This document shows positions 1 to 12,798 of a stretch of 64,000 nucleotides of DNA, piece after piece. The position numbers and the translations under genes are program-made. The notes below the pieces were generated by a model. That model did not search any database. It saw only the letters and a program-made list of their open reading frames with translations, and was not told the origin of the DNA. The stretch's first letter is position 1. Each line of letters opens with the position of its first letter. The stretch comes from Haliotis rubra. Lineage: Eukaryota. The stretch is taken from contig NW_025766103.1 of the NCBI RefSeq assembly GCF_003918875.1, positions 930,001 to 994,000 on the forward strand, read 5' to 3'.

Positions 1-44
1 CTTAACCCTCTGCAGTTCCACTGTACAATATTATTGGAAGACAT
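1..44 (-). CDS. LINE ORF2 start (AP endonuclease N-terminus), partial
   Basis: ATG at 44-42 gives MSSNNIVQWNCRGL; QWNCRG is the typical first APE motif of I-group elements. ATG overlaps the ORF1 stop (TAATG). Confidence 0.85.
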   Translation of the reverse strand, partial: MSSNNIVQWNCRGL

Positions 45-1307
45 TATCTTTTGGGGGGATTTATTGGGGATCTACCCCGCACTTTTTTGGAGGGCGACAA
101 GCTATGTGCCCTAGAATGGACGTTTTCACATACGTCCATGGCCTCAAGATGTCCATATTTGTTGTATAGCTGAATTCTATTTTCCGACCCTATTGGGGCT
201 CTGCCACTTTGTTTTTTATCAAGCTGCTTCGGGTTATTTTTTTTGCTTTTAACAATTTGCTGAGTATCAGATGACGATTGAGACTGTGAACGTGACTGAG
301 AGGATGACTTATGATCAGAAGATGACTCTGACTGCTTTTCGCACGTACTAGGAAGTGATTCCGTAGTTTGAGATGATACAGCAGGATACAAAAGCTGTGG
401 ATTGTCGCCTTTGACCCAAGTCAAGTTTGTTTCACAGCTTGTGGATGATGTATATACTTTAGGGCTTGATTCAGTTGGTGTTTTGGTTATTGACGCATAA
501 CTTTCTGTAAGTTCAGATCTCTTTACAAGTTTTTTGGCATCAGAAAAACTGATGTTTTGGGTAAATTTGATCTTGTTGATCTGCATATGTTCTTTCCAAA
601 TCGGACATTCTTTTGAGAAAGATGAATGTTCTCCTGAACAGTTGGTGCATTTTTTAAAGGTACTTGTACAATCTTCAGTTGTGTGTGTCTTCTCACCACT
701 GTGAGCACACACAACGGACAATGTGCAAGTATTTACACCATTGCCATACTTCTGGCATTTCAAGCATCTGAGCGGATTAGGAATGTAGGTGTCAACATTG
801 ATATTGCAGTAACCTGCCTGATTTGGGAGCAGTTGGTGACGAAAAGGAAAACAGATAAGTATTGGTCTGAACAGTTTCATTGTTTTTACGGGTTGAAAAG
901 CGTTTTATGTAGAGTACACCTTGATCTTTCATTTCATTCACGATGTCAAGTTCTGACATGTCAGAAAACAATCGATCACGATCTCTGATGATACCTTTGC
1001 TTGTGTTTAATGTCTTGTGAGCAGAGACAGCGACCGGAATGCCAACGAACGATTCAGTGCTCGACAGATTGGCTGATTGCTGCCGTTTCCTGCACTCAAC
1101 CAGTAACGCACCTTATCCTTAACTTCGCCGGCGATACCTTGAATACCCTTGGAAACCGCGAAAGGGTTCAACTTTAATTGTGTTTTGTCGACAGTTTCAA
1201 TCAAAGCATGGCCAAAAGTCAATTGATTTGGACGGCCTAAGGTCATCATCATCAGGATCATTTTCAAGAGGACGTTTTGTTTTTTTGGTGGGGGTTTCAT
1301 AAGCCAT
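44..1307 (-). pseudogene. LINE ORF1 (nucleic-acid-binding, gag-like), frameshifted
   Basis: Pieces in several frames: MAYETPTKKTKRP, LNPFAVSKGIQGIAGEVK, YIPNPLRCLKCQKYGNGVNTC, CAHSGEKTHTTEDC, CTNCSGEHSSFSKEC. Two knuckles have substituted ligands. Ends PPKR-stop. Confidence 0.88.
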
Positions 1308-1831
1308 GGTTATTGTAGAGATTTCATCATCCGAGCTCCCCACCCACCACGGAGTATCACAAGGACAATGCACAAAACAAGTGGATCTCCGACTCACAGC
1401 ACCAAGGATACCCGGATGATATACTCCAGCAGAAAAATTAAAAGATTAATCCACCAGATTAGCCCATGAGCCACCGCTTGCTGGGCATACGACTCTAGGC
1501 AAAAACATACATGAAATTGTGTAGTTGAAATTCTGAGTTCCAAAAAATCGCCAAGACTTTAAACATATCATTGTATGATTCTCAAAATTTGGTGCAATAA
1601 TACATAGACGTAGCACAGGGCTTGGCGTGACCAGCCGATGGATAGAACCGGGCCAGTTCTACCACCCGCCTAGGTAAAGTAAGGGGCGAAGTGATGTGTT
1701 GGGCAGAGGAACACTGTTCCCGGAACCAGTGCCCTCAACCACCAGACACCCGTCCTCCACCGACACAAGGGCGCAACCCACGGCGAACGGGTTGGTGGAC
1801 TAAATATACCCCCGGGTCCACAACGGGGGGT

Positions 1832-1890
1832 TGAAGAGCACTTAGCGTTACCCAGCACCCACCACGAGGAGGTCGCTCTTCACGGGTGCC
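1832..1890 (-). ncRNA. Minimal HDV-like self-cleaving ribozyme (predicted)
   Basis: GGCACCC(P1) G UGAAGAGCG(P2) ACC(P3) UCCUCGU(L3) GGU(P3') GGGUGCU(P1', G1.U wobble) GG(P1.1) GUAACG CUAAG(J4/2, catalytic C) UGCUCUUCA(P2'). All stems pair fully. Confidence 0.88.
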
Positions 1891-2289
1891 AGTGATGTTA
1901 ATTACACTGAGCAGGGTGCCAATTGCTTTGTAACTGTATTTTGATTAACCTCGTATTTAATTATTTGTGTCAAATGTCAGTTTTAGGGAATATATTGCAT
2001 TTGTTGCTACAAGCGTGATATGCTGGTACTTTATGCCCCATCGGTGTGTATAACCTTGTGGCGTTATATATCTAATCAGATCCAACAATATGATGAGCAA
2101 CGTCAGAGTCTGATACCTGGTGATTCTTTTTCCATTTTCACCTGCCCAGTGACCTAGGAGACTACAGAAAAGGCTTTTTGTGCAGTTGTGTTCAAATGCA
2201 ACGCCCATGCATTGCCTGTATTATATCAAATACATGAAAATGACCACCACTTTCATGTGTGCTATGTTCTTGTATTTGTGGCTGGGAGG

Positions 2290-2291
<2 letters not shown>

Positions 2292-2353
<62 letters not shown>
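2292..2353. repeat. (GT)n microsatellite
   Basis: Pure GT run; explains the VC/TH low-complexity ORFs. Confidence 0.99.
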
Positions 2354-2356
<3 letters not shown>

Positions 2357-2461
2357 ACGCATTTGGAATTCGTTTGTATTGCTTGATATATATCTCTCGT
2401 GCAAGTGGTGTAGGCGATCTGACGAGGATGTATTTTATGTTCGTATTGCTTTTGATATTGC

Positions 2462-2932
2462 AGGAAGCCAAAGTACTGTAAGTCCCCATGATCCCCAGTA
2501 AGGTGGTCTGGCTTTGGTGACTGGTGGTCTGTATGTCGTAGTTTATTGGTATTACATGTAATATTGATCTTTGTGTTGAATAAGGGGCGGTTGGGTAGCC
2601 TAGTGATTAAAGCGTTGGCTCGTCACGCCGAGGACCCTGGTTCGAATCCCCACATGGGTACAATGTGTGAAGCCCATTTCTGGTGTCCCCCGCCGTGATG
2701 TTGCTGGAATATTGCTAAAAGCGGGGTAAAACCAAAACTCAGATAGTCAGTAAGTGTTGAATAAAGTCTTGTATCAATTGAAATGGTTAGTTTTTAGATT
2801 CAAATTGTGATAACTTGCTAATGTTCTACTGTCCTTTGCGACAGATATTTCTTATAGTTAAACCAAAGGTTTATCGTCACTATATGGCCGAAAAATTGCC
2901 GATGTGACGTAAAATGTAACTCACTCACTCAC
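2462..2932 (+). mobile_element. 5'-truncated I-group LINE 3'UTR fragment, interrupted by a SINE
   Basis: GTACTGTAAGTCCCCATG motif, TTGCCGATGTGACGT..(CTCA)n tail, TSD TTTTGATATTGC at 2450-2461 and 2933-2944. Confidence 0.85.
2584..2753 (+). mobile_element. tRNA-derived SINE, full length
   Basis: A-box-like TAGCCTAGTGA, B-box GGTTCGAATCC, LINE-like tail GCTGGAATATTGCT, TSD GTGTTGAATAA at 2573-2583 and 2754-2764. Confidence 0.9.
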
Positions 2933-4334
2933 TTTTGATATTGCTGAACATGGCGTCACACTTCACCCACTTTCAGACGCCCACACTTACTATCAAACAC
3001 TCGTGCTGTTATTTGATCGTAGACATACATCTGACACACGAACTCGCACTCTCGACTCTAACACACCCTGCATTAGTCAACCCTCACACATTCTCCGTCA
3101 CACAATTCCTGCAAACAGTCGAACCCACAGATTCAGTCTCGACAACTCCGTTTTCCCTCAATTTCGCTGAACCTCTTACAATCACTAAACATGCAAACTT
3201 TCGTATTTATAGACTCAAATTGTATAACAAGGTTACTTGCGCCAAGATGGCCACAAGCCACAGGTTATTTATGTGGCAGTGTTCAATACATAACAAGAAC
3301 ATAATGTGAACATCAATAAAGCAGATGAAATGGCAGAATTTCTATTTGTTAGAAGCAACATCTTTGTTCTAAATTGATTGAATTTCTAATATCCGAGAGT
3401 TGCGTAACGTTAAGTACCTAAGTCCAGTCAGTACATGGCATTTTGTACATATTCATCTTCAGACCTCCTTGAGTCCATTTCCTATGGCAGAGATGGATAC
3501 TGTCTGGAAGGTTTTAGACATACTAGAGAGCTAACCATGGTTCGTGGTCATGTTGACAGCAGTTGGATGACACATCGATCACTACTGGGCGGTTTTGATT
3601 TATATGGCTATTACGAATAACATGGCAATCTGTAACATATCCTTCTTCTGAAAACAAGGATGTAAATATGATGGATGTTATCGAAGCAAAATGGTAGGAG
3701 CAGTCTCGAAATATATTGTCGTTGTTGTGGCATGATTCGCTCTCAGCGCATATTCTGTGGACATCAATAGACCATGTCGTACCGCTGCTACTGTAGCTCA
3801 CGCTGTCGACGTTAATGGACGTCGCTGATACCGTAGACGATAAGTAGAATGTGATGAGAGTGTGTCTCAAATACAGACGAGATTATGCATTTACTGCTTT
3901 AAATCCTGTCGTGAATCCTTATCTCATTACTTAAAGAACCTTCCTACGCTTTTGAATAAAGGCATTTCGAGGGACCTCACAAACTGTCTCTTGTGAGTGT
4001 ATGAGTTTAGTTTTACGCCGCACTCAGCAATATTCCAGCTATACATAATTTCTGAAGTGACATCTTTGGTTACACACAGATGGCCCTATTGTCGATGATT
4101 AGCTGTTATTAAGATCCCAGTGGATATGCTCTCTTTCGCTTCCCAGCTTTCCGATCTAAACTATTATTCCTGACTTTAAAAGAAACTTGTATGCTTATGA
4201 ATTTCAAGCATATATTAATGCAGCACACTGAACATCTGAAACTTGACAATCCAGCCAAGTATGTATGTACTTGTAGTAGGTACTTGAAATTTTCTAGGAT
4301 GTTCAACAAGTCAGTCACCACTGTGAAATTATGG

Positions 4335-4595
4335 ATTGGTTGGTTGGTTGGTTGGTTGGTTGGTTGGCTGGTTGTCTACCGCAGCAGTATTACAGCAATG
4401 TGGCAGTGGTCTGTAAATAATCGAGGCTGGACCAGACAATCCAGTGATCAACAGCATGATCATCGGTCTACTTAATTGGGATGTGATGTCATGTATGAAC
4501 TAAGTGAGCGAGTCTGACCACCCGATCCCGTTACTCGCCTCTTACGACAAGCATGGTTTGATGAAGACCAATTCTAACCCGGTTCTTCATGGGTC
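4335..4595 (-). mobile_element. SINE with non-tRNA head (RUDI/V-SINE-like), (AACC)n tail
   Basis: Head GACCCATGAAGAACCGGGTTAGAATTGGTCTTCA; body matches SINEs at 12686, 38436 and 56644; TSD TGAAATTATGG at 4324-4334 and 4596-4606. Family name is from recall. Confidence 0.8.
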
Positions 4596-7249
4596 TGAAA
4601 TTATGGCATTAACTGCTAAAAAGAACGTCTGAAACAATCGTTCATTCTATGTTCTTATGTGACTTAGACAGACATATTTTCGCATGGAGGTTACGACCTG
4701 CTGAAGACAATGCCGAAAAATGGAACTGCAATTAGACATTAACAGCAAAAGTCGTTAACCTATATAGAGCAAGTCGTATGTTGACACATCACTCTGTCTC
4801 ACGCTAATGTGTTGTTACATTTCCATGTAAGACCTTTCTCACATCTTATCTGTGTTAAATCGAAAACAATGTCTAGAGTGCATGATTTGTACATGGAACC
4901 TAGTGTACGTTGATCGAAGTACCTATCAATATGTGAATGCTGGAAATTTCCCGTTGTATTGTCTTACAGATAATAACACATATGTTGCGAGGACGTCCCT
5001 TGAAGTGGTGGTTTTTGCTTGGAATCACACGAGAGTTAATTCTGGGATGTTATGACATGGTGTCATCATAAATGTGTGATCAATATAAATCTTAAGTAAA
5101 CAGGTGCGTGCTGTCACTACAAAACGAGTACTAATATAGTTGCCGAACAAGCATTGTGTTGTCATGACAACTGAATCAGTAGGTTGTGATTAAAGATGCT
5201 TGGTGTAGTCTTTTGCTATATTGGGGTTGGGCGATGACCTACAGTTGGTTATACAGATCATAGACGTGTGGTATAGTGTGAACGTGTACCACACCAATGG
5301 CAATAATCGATGTGAAGCTTACTAGCAGCTAACAGACATATTTTGTGCTTTTTCCTTTCCACTATAAAGATTTAGAGATGTGCGTCAATTTTATATAACC
5401 TGATGTATGTTTTGAACGCGTATATGGGATAAAACGATAACGACGTAAGGATCTACATCGAAACGTCGCTCTAGGCAATAAAAAAAAAAGTTGTCATTCA
5501 TAAAATTTATTGGACATCCATAACATTTCTCTCTCAAGCGTTTGACCTTCCAAATGTGAACTGAAGGGTAAATCGTTTGGCCAGACGTTTCACAGGTTTC
5601 ATGATGTGCATGGTGTTGTTATGACACCTGCGTCACAGTACCGAAGGACACTTCATACATCTTCATCAAGGAACGGCGTCAATGGCGTTATCTGTGTCTG
5701 CAACATCAGTCACAATGTCAAATCTGTTATGGTACCGATCTGAGAGGAAAGGCAATGTCCATTGCGATTGGAACGAGTACACACACTTATCAACAGCATA
5801 TTTTGCCATCACAGCGTAACGCTGAAATCATTGTTGTCTGTTCTCTCTTGGGACGAGATCGGGGCCTGTATGGGCTATATGGATATTTCAAGTTACGGAA
5901 TTTGGTAACGTCTTTATAACGTTATCAGTGGTATGTTGGTGAAAGTAATGTATTGAAACTGAGGACACTTGCATGAGATCAGTGATCCATGGACTCGTGA
6001 ACGTAATGTAGTGAAACTAAGGACACATGTATGAGATCAGTGTGCTAACTTAATAATGACAATTACAAAGATTCTGACCAAATTCATTGCCAGTTTTTTT
6101 TCTTAACAGCCTTAAGAATAAGCTTCTATTTGCGTGAGCAATGTGTTGCACGGAAATATATAAATCTGTTCAGCTTGACACTAAAATATCTCTCCTCTAC
6201 TGAGTCCTATCAAAGGAGACCCACAAACAATCATCTTGAGAATCATGCCATGTTGTGAATATTTTCTGATAAAATCAGCGAAACGATTGCGCTCGTTATA
6301 TTGATCTGATTAAGGTAACACTACAGAATTGCCATGTGAAAAGCTGGTCTGCTATTCCCGAAATGTTCGTAGCCCTAAGAATTCTTAACTTCGTAGCCAA
6401 TGTATTAAGAATGGGCTTAAGAAGTTCGCGATGTCTTCATTAGGTGTTTTATCTCATTGTAGGAAGCTGGAAGATCTCGGGACATAACGAATAAACGCAA
6501 CCGAAATTGAACTTTTATATCGGACACACAGACATCATCCAGCACTGGAATGCATCCAATAACAGAGGTACGTGTCCTTTTGCGCGTCCTTATTCTGAAG
6601 CAGCGAGACCTTTTTTCCATTTCCATGATGCCTACGCCAGCCAGGGTACTCTGTTTTAACCTCGTTTGGTCTACCGTGGATCTAACCACTAAGATATCTA
6701 ACCACCGACCTTCTGCACTGGGAGAAAACGCTCTATGTATTACGCCACTGATGAAACAATATTGGCAATTAGTAGGTCTCAATTCGGTATTAATGCATTA
6801 TTCTTACATGATTTGTTTTGTATGTTGGAAGTAAATAATGAACAAAATACATTATGGAACAGTTAGTTGCATGCGTAAGACCTCTTTTACCTTGCAAAGC
6901 GGTTATGAGGTCGTGACGCGCCTATACAGCTTTCGAGACTTTCAATGTAAAAAATTAAAATGCATTTCATAGGTCTCGGTTAAGCAATTTTACATAAGTT
7001 GGAGATCACGTCTGCCTTTTTCCGAAAAAATATAATGTGTCATGGAGGAACATTACCGACACATGATTTTGAGGTTTTGGAAATCGCATCAGACATAAGC
7101 TTCCTGAAGCGTTCGGCAACATATCCTATGACACTGTCTGCGACCAACACGACCCTTTCAGTAACCTTTTACAGCGTTGTGTATTGCAGGTGACGGATGT
7201 GAAGGGAGACGTCTTTGAAGAACATCCAGTAGACGTCCCCATCATTGGT

Positions 7250-7640
7250 ATTAGGTAACTATGCAGAAATTAACACTACAAAGCACCCACTTGCTAGGTG
7301 TCTCCATTAATACCACGCAAAATGAGGAAATTATGTCAAGTCGTTCGTCCCCAGACAGCATATAGTTTTTTTGTGATGTATACAAGGGAAATCGAATTTG
7401 TCAGACATTATGAGGTCCAATTTCAGGGTTGGACATACTGTCCTGCTGTGTCTGCCCGTCTCCTTGTATACACCCATGTGGCTTCTTAGTGTCCATGAGG
7501 CGGATAGTGAAAGGAGCCTTTATATTGCCGTGGTGCAGAAAGGGTCTTGGTCTGATAGTCTTTAATGAAGTAGTTGTGACTAATGTACCCATTTTCTGAT
7601 GAGACTTTGTCGTCCAAGAATGCTGTGATGTTTTACAGTG
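7250..7640 (-). pseudogene. Decayed coding-like segment, paralogous to 22560-22900; product unknown (copies near 35820-36190 and 53940-54310)
   Basis: Nucleotide match TTTTGTGATGTATACAAGGGAAATCGAATTTGTCAGACATTATGAGG vs TTTTGTGATGTATGGAAGGCAAATTGAATTTGTCAGACCATAAGAGG. All frames are broken; strand is inferred. Confidence 0.4.
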
Positions 7641-7821
7641 ATTTTTGTTGTATACAGTCTGTTTATTTGTGGTCACTTCGGTATTGTCTGGCTTCACTTC
7701 GTTTTACCCTATTGTTTGTATATGTCAAAGTTTACATTGGCCTGACTAATATTCCTGCAATATCAAGTCGGGGGAATCACAAGCTGGCCTGCGCTGCATG
7801 ATGTCTGTTTAACCGTGGTCA

Positions 7822-7881
7822 CCTACCTACCTACCTACCTACCCACAGACACACATACCTACCCAAATACCTACCTACCTA
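7822..7881. repeat. (CCTA)n compound microsatellite; longer in units 2 (36373-36527) and 3 (54496-54650)
   Basis: CCTA runs interspersed with CCCAAACA/CCCACAGA. Confidence 0.95.
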
Positions 7882-9215
7882 CGAAACAATAAGTTGCGCT
7901 AAGTACCAATACAGCCACGACTGCCACATATAAATCTATCTCTGTGAATCTCTCTCAAAGAAACAATTTCTGTCTGTTTGGTATGATTCTTATTTCCCAG
8001 ACCTAACTGTTTTAGTGATTGATATGAGGCAAATTGAATGTGTGAGACATTAAGAGAGCCAATTTCAGGGAAAGACTCTTGTGTCTGTAGTCGACGACGG
8101 CAAAGGCCGTAAAACGTGTTTCATTGCCTTCTTGCAGGCCAGTAAGTAATCGTCGTGTAAATGTATCGCAGTCGTCAGATTTTATGACCAAATTACATGA
8201 ACTGTTTGAAGACAAATATAGTGTAAAAAATTAACGATTCATAGGTTTATCTACGTATGAACTGTTTGTGTTCATGTTGCCCACGAAAACACATCAAACT
8301 GCCATATAAAATGTATTTAAAGTACTTTGTGATGTATCTGTTTGGCGTACACAAATAAACACTGAAATGGAGCTATTATCACTGAGAATGAAGGTGCAGG
8401 TGACTCTAGGCACTGAGATAGATTAATGTTAAAGGCTTTTCATGCTTTAAAGTATTTACATTACATCTTGACTGATATAGCTGGAATATTGCTGAGAGCG
8501 GCTTTAAACACTAATCAAAGAAACATATTGATTCTTCTGGAAATACGACTAATACTATTACGACTTCGCTGAAATACAGGTGATAGATATTTGTCTGTTT
8601 TGTCTTAAGCTGGTTCAATGATTAGTCGCTTCTCAACTTTAAACAGCTCCTTACAGATGTAAAGGAGATGAAAAATAACATAAATCGATTGTAGTTTCAA
8701 ATTGAATCGACATAAAACTTACATTAACTTGAATTGTATTCTCTTTAAACAATACCTTGCAGATGTCTTTATAAAGAGAACATAAACCGATTACGTTTGT
8801 TTAGCTAGTATAAAACTTACATCAACTTGATCTATATTCTCCTTAAACAATTCCGTACATAATACGTACATTAACGTGAACAAAATTCCCTTTGGAAAGA
8901 AAACAAAAGAGAAATGTACAAATATTACATTATAAGCTATTCCTTCATTTATGCCTTTTGTTGTAGCGCATCTGGCTTGAAGTGTGAATTCTACGTTTTT
9001 GGCTCGGTGAGGTACGTCTTCTGTGGCAAGCTATATGATGTATATACATCCTGCTTTGTAAATGAAAGTTCCCATACTTCTTTTCATAAGCTTTATACCG
9101 AAACCATTATATGGACATATGAGCAGGCACTCATTCAGATGAATTCGAATATGAAGCCGACTCAGCTTAAGGCCACAATACCTCTACCGAGGACTTGCAA
9201 CAGACATAATAGTAT

Positions 9216-12200
9216 ATGTCCTTCCCCTTCAACCCTCACTTTGAATTCCAATAAAAATCAAAATGTCCCACGCACACAAATACACTTCACAGTTTCGAAT
9301 TCAGCGGGAAATGTCCCGTTTCTGGATACCATCTACTATCATTTTAGACAAAGCTCAAGTGCTGAAAATTACCTTTCAAAATAGGCTTCGTCGAAAATGT
9401 CGCCATTTTTGACACAGTACGAAATCGCGATTCACGGCGTTATTTGCTGTATGTTTTGAAAAGTGAAAGTCGGATAATTACTTGGAGTATTGAATTTCAA
9501 AAATAACATAAATGATCACTGATATCGGTTTTACATGAAATCGCTAATGATAATTCTGAAACGTTGCCGATGAATCTAGAATCGGTTGGGATGTTTTCGA
9601 AAATACGCTTACAGGAACGCCGTAGAGCGCTTTCCGCCATATTGGATAGTGTTTACAAAATCACGCTTTGCAAAGGCCGGTATTGAGATGCCTATTACAA
9701 CACGTAGAATTCATATTCAGCTTCAAAAAATGCATCACTGTATTCCCCATACATTTTTTAATCAAACTGCAACTGGTCTTTGTCACCAATACCAACTGTC
9801 TTGATAAAATGAGACTAAACATATTGGGTGTGAAAACGAACGCTGTGCTCGCTTGTTTGAAATGACAAAATCCGATTTTACACTGCGTAGCATTTTCTGA
9901 AATTTTACAACATTCATCCGTCTATTCATTGCTTGCAATGGCTCAATACCTTTGGAATATGCATGGAAAGAGTATCGTAGCAACAAATAGGAAAATATAA
10001 AAAGATACAATGGAATGATTTGATAATTCATAAGAAATTGTCAAAGTTTCTGTGCAGCGTGACGCCGTGACTGACGCATAATCACACAGAACGACAACGG
10101 TAATTATGTGCATTTCTGGCTTCTTCTCTTACTTATAGTGAAAAAGATAAAAACATATAACAATACACAGATAGTCAGAATCATTCTGATTAATTACATC
10201 TGATATTTATGTATAAACCGTCCCTGAATCAATGGAAGGGTCCTCGCAAAATCCTGTGTACCCTTGTCAGCAAAGCCGCCATTTTGTAAGAAATCGGTCA
10301 TCGGTAGTGATGTCATACGTCAACATTGTTGTACATATTAGGCAATGTTTTGAGGTGAAGGTCGGTTGAACAAGAGTTAACACAATCGCCCAATCCTTCC
10401 GATTACACTGGCAGTATTGTGATGTATATTTTGCGTATAGTTCAGATACTTTTCATGAAAACTGACTTCAGTATCTACATTTAGCCTTGTTCAATATCAT
10501 ACATATAGGGTTTACTGTGTTTTATCCGTTGAAGGTTTTTGATTGTTCGAGTAATATGTACATAAGAAATTGACACATTTAGTGCAGTACACCATATTCT
10601 AAACCTTTACACACGTGTTAGAAGATCAAACGAAGCCATAACTAGAACTACTTTGGTTCCTATGATGTACAATGTTTAATGCATTTGGACTAATATTACA
10701 GTTTCAGATGAACAGGTTAATGGACGGCGATTTAATTCAACCTTATAAGTAAAACTGATAATATTAATGAAAATGATTTATATATGTTATGAAATGTATA
10801 TGTACACATATTTAAAGGAATTGTCATGTTCATTGCATATTTTTGTGTCGTTTTATAGACAAAACAATTATGTATATTGATTGGCCAGGTGCGCGTTTGT
10901 CGGAAACATTTTATGATTCACTATCATTGTTTCCGATAATATTATCAGTTCATATATGATTAAAAATATTGTGATGACAGGATATCAAACTCTAACTATA
11001 TTTATACGGAAATTGTTTAAAAATATATAAACCATGTCATGTCTTAATTTGGACAAATCTTACATCCATATTCTAATATGTAGTTCCATATATAAAGAGC
11101 TATCTTTTTGCATCTTTGATTGCATACTTATGAAGAGAAATAGCTACATAATCATAAACAAAGACACTTCTTATCCTAAACAAAATATTCGGGTATTGTG
11201 AAATATTATTTTTGATTTACGTTACATTAATGCAAAACAGGGACGCGTGTTGCTCACAATAAGATACACAGTCAAACCGTCTAATTGTTGATATATTCAG
11301 GACACTATTTAAATGGAAAAATCAGTCATTTTATGTTTTGTCCAAAGAGTGTTAAATTCTGACATAGAAGCCGATACCTTTTATACAATTAATGGAAATT
11401 AGGTGAGATATATACTAATCAGCATACCAGTGTCGTCTTTTTTTCCGACGTCGCACAATGCACAAAACTAGTAATGACGTCAATTTCATTACATTTGAAG
11501 ATATGGCTAGTACTCTGGTAATAAGGTTGCCAAATTAGTCAAAATACATCAGATATAAACAGGAGAATATGGGAATCTTAGAACTAACTTATATATCGGA
11601 TAGGGCCATCCAAATCGCTATTACGTGATTTCACATGCAGTACGTTTCCATCTTTTCTTATAAAATGTGAAACTACCAAAGCGTATCCGCTCACATTGGG
11701 GAACTTTGAATTGAAATAGTTTGGTTCACCGTGAACAAAAAAATACCGAAAATATAGCGTCCGTATCCACAACAAATTCTCTCGATGTGATTTGAGTTAC
11801 ATTGACCTAGTGTTAAGCATAACGGAGTAGTGCCCCCTTATCATTATACGTATATGACCTCTCTGTCGTCGTTTGACGTCATACAAGAAAATATATTTTC
11901 AACATTTATTGCCAGTCATTTTTGATGTTCAGCGTATAACGTTATGCATAGCAACTAAACCCATTTGTTATACACTTATGTCGTTCAGATATCAGGCTGT
12001 ATTTTCTTCGCTCACACTTTCCCCAAAGATGCCAAATTAAAAAAATCGTAGCACAGTGCTTTTATCGGTGCGCATAATAAAATTTGGACAACATGTAGCA
12101 AGGTCTATTTCTCAAATCGCAGAGGTAGTTGCACTTATATTTATACCAACGGATAGGAAATTTAATATTCTACATTTCTGTGTAATTTTATAGCCGTACG

Positions 12201-12296
12201 TAGATCAAGGACCACGCGAGCGCAATTCTCGCACCACGTACACTTTTCAAACCGTATGAAAATGTGCGCCTGAAACAAAACTCGGCATCCAGGGGG
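9216..12296. mobile_element. Non-coding insertion specific to unit 1 with a piggyBac-like right end
   Basis: Absent at the homologous sites (38200, 56410). Ends CATCCAGGGGG|TTAA. No matching left TIR/TTAA and no transposase ORF. Confidence 0.55.
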
Positions 12297-12798
12297 TTAA
12301 TTAAAGCAGCATCGTGGATGACCTAACGAACATGTATTTTGGTTAGGTGATAGTTTTGACCTCCTAGCACTGGCGCCGAGTTATCACTTTGTAGTTGTGT
12401 TCCCAATAAATACATAGTTTTAGCGAGGTTGATGGACATCAACGGCATATGAAAATATTTATGGGGAAGAGTTAAATGGTGATGAAAGTTTGCTTAACTG
12501 GAACTAATGATTTCTATAAATAAGTATTTGGCTACTGTCAACATATATCATGAATGAAAGACAAAAAGAAATCTGGTTGACTCAGACTGAAAACCCATTA
12601 TGAATTATCGACTATTGGACAAGGGACATCACAAAACACAACACAATGGTGCTGTTATGTGCTGTGCTCTTGTTCTATGTGGACTAGATCCAAGTTAGAA
12701 TTGATCTTCAGTAACCCATGCTTGTCGTAAGAGGCGACTAACAAGATCGGGTGGTCTAGCTCGCTGACTTGGTTGACACATGTCATAGTATCCCAGTT

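Larger units (their letters stand above)
1..1890 (-). mobile_element. I-group (Nimb/I-like) non-LTR retrotransposon, 5' portion (5'UTR, ORF1, start of ORF2); continues beyond the left window edge
   Basis: Gag-like ORF1 with three zinc knuckles followed by an ORF starting MSSNNIVQWNCRGL (APE endonuclease N-terminus). The 5'UTR matches the TSD-bounded element at 12799. Confidence 0.92.

Noticed and set aside
2180-2501. Cys/Val- or His/Thr-rich ORFs
   Set aside because: Translation of a (GT)n microsatellite.
2584-2660. tRNA gene
   Set aside because: No complete cloverleaf; runs into a SINE body and tail and is flanked by a TSD.
7597-7625. Hammerhead at CTGATGAGACTTTGTC
   Set aside because: A short stem is present but GAAA and stems I/III are missing.
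8914-9384. 156-aa ORF
   Set aside because: Chimeric across the insertion junction at 9216 and not preserved in units 2 and 3.
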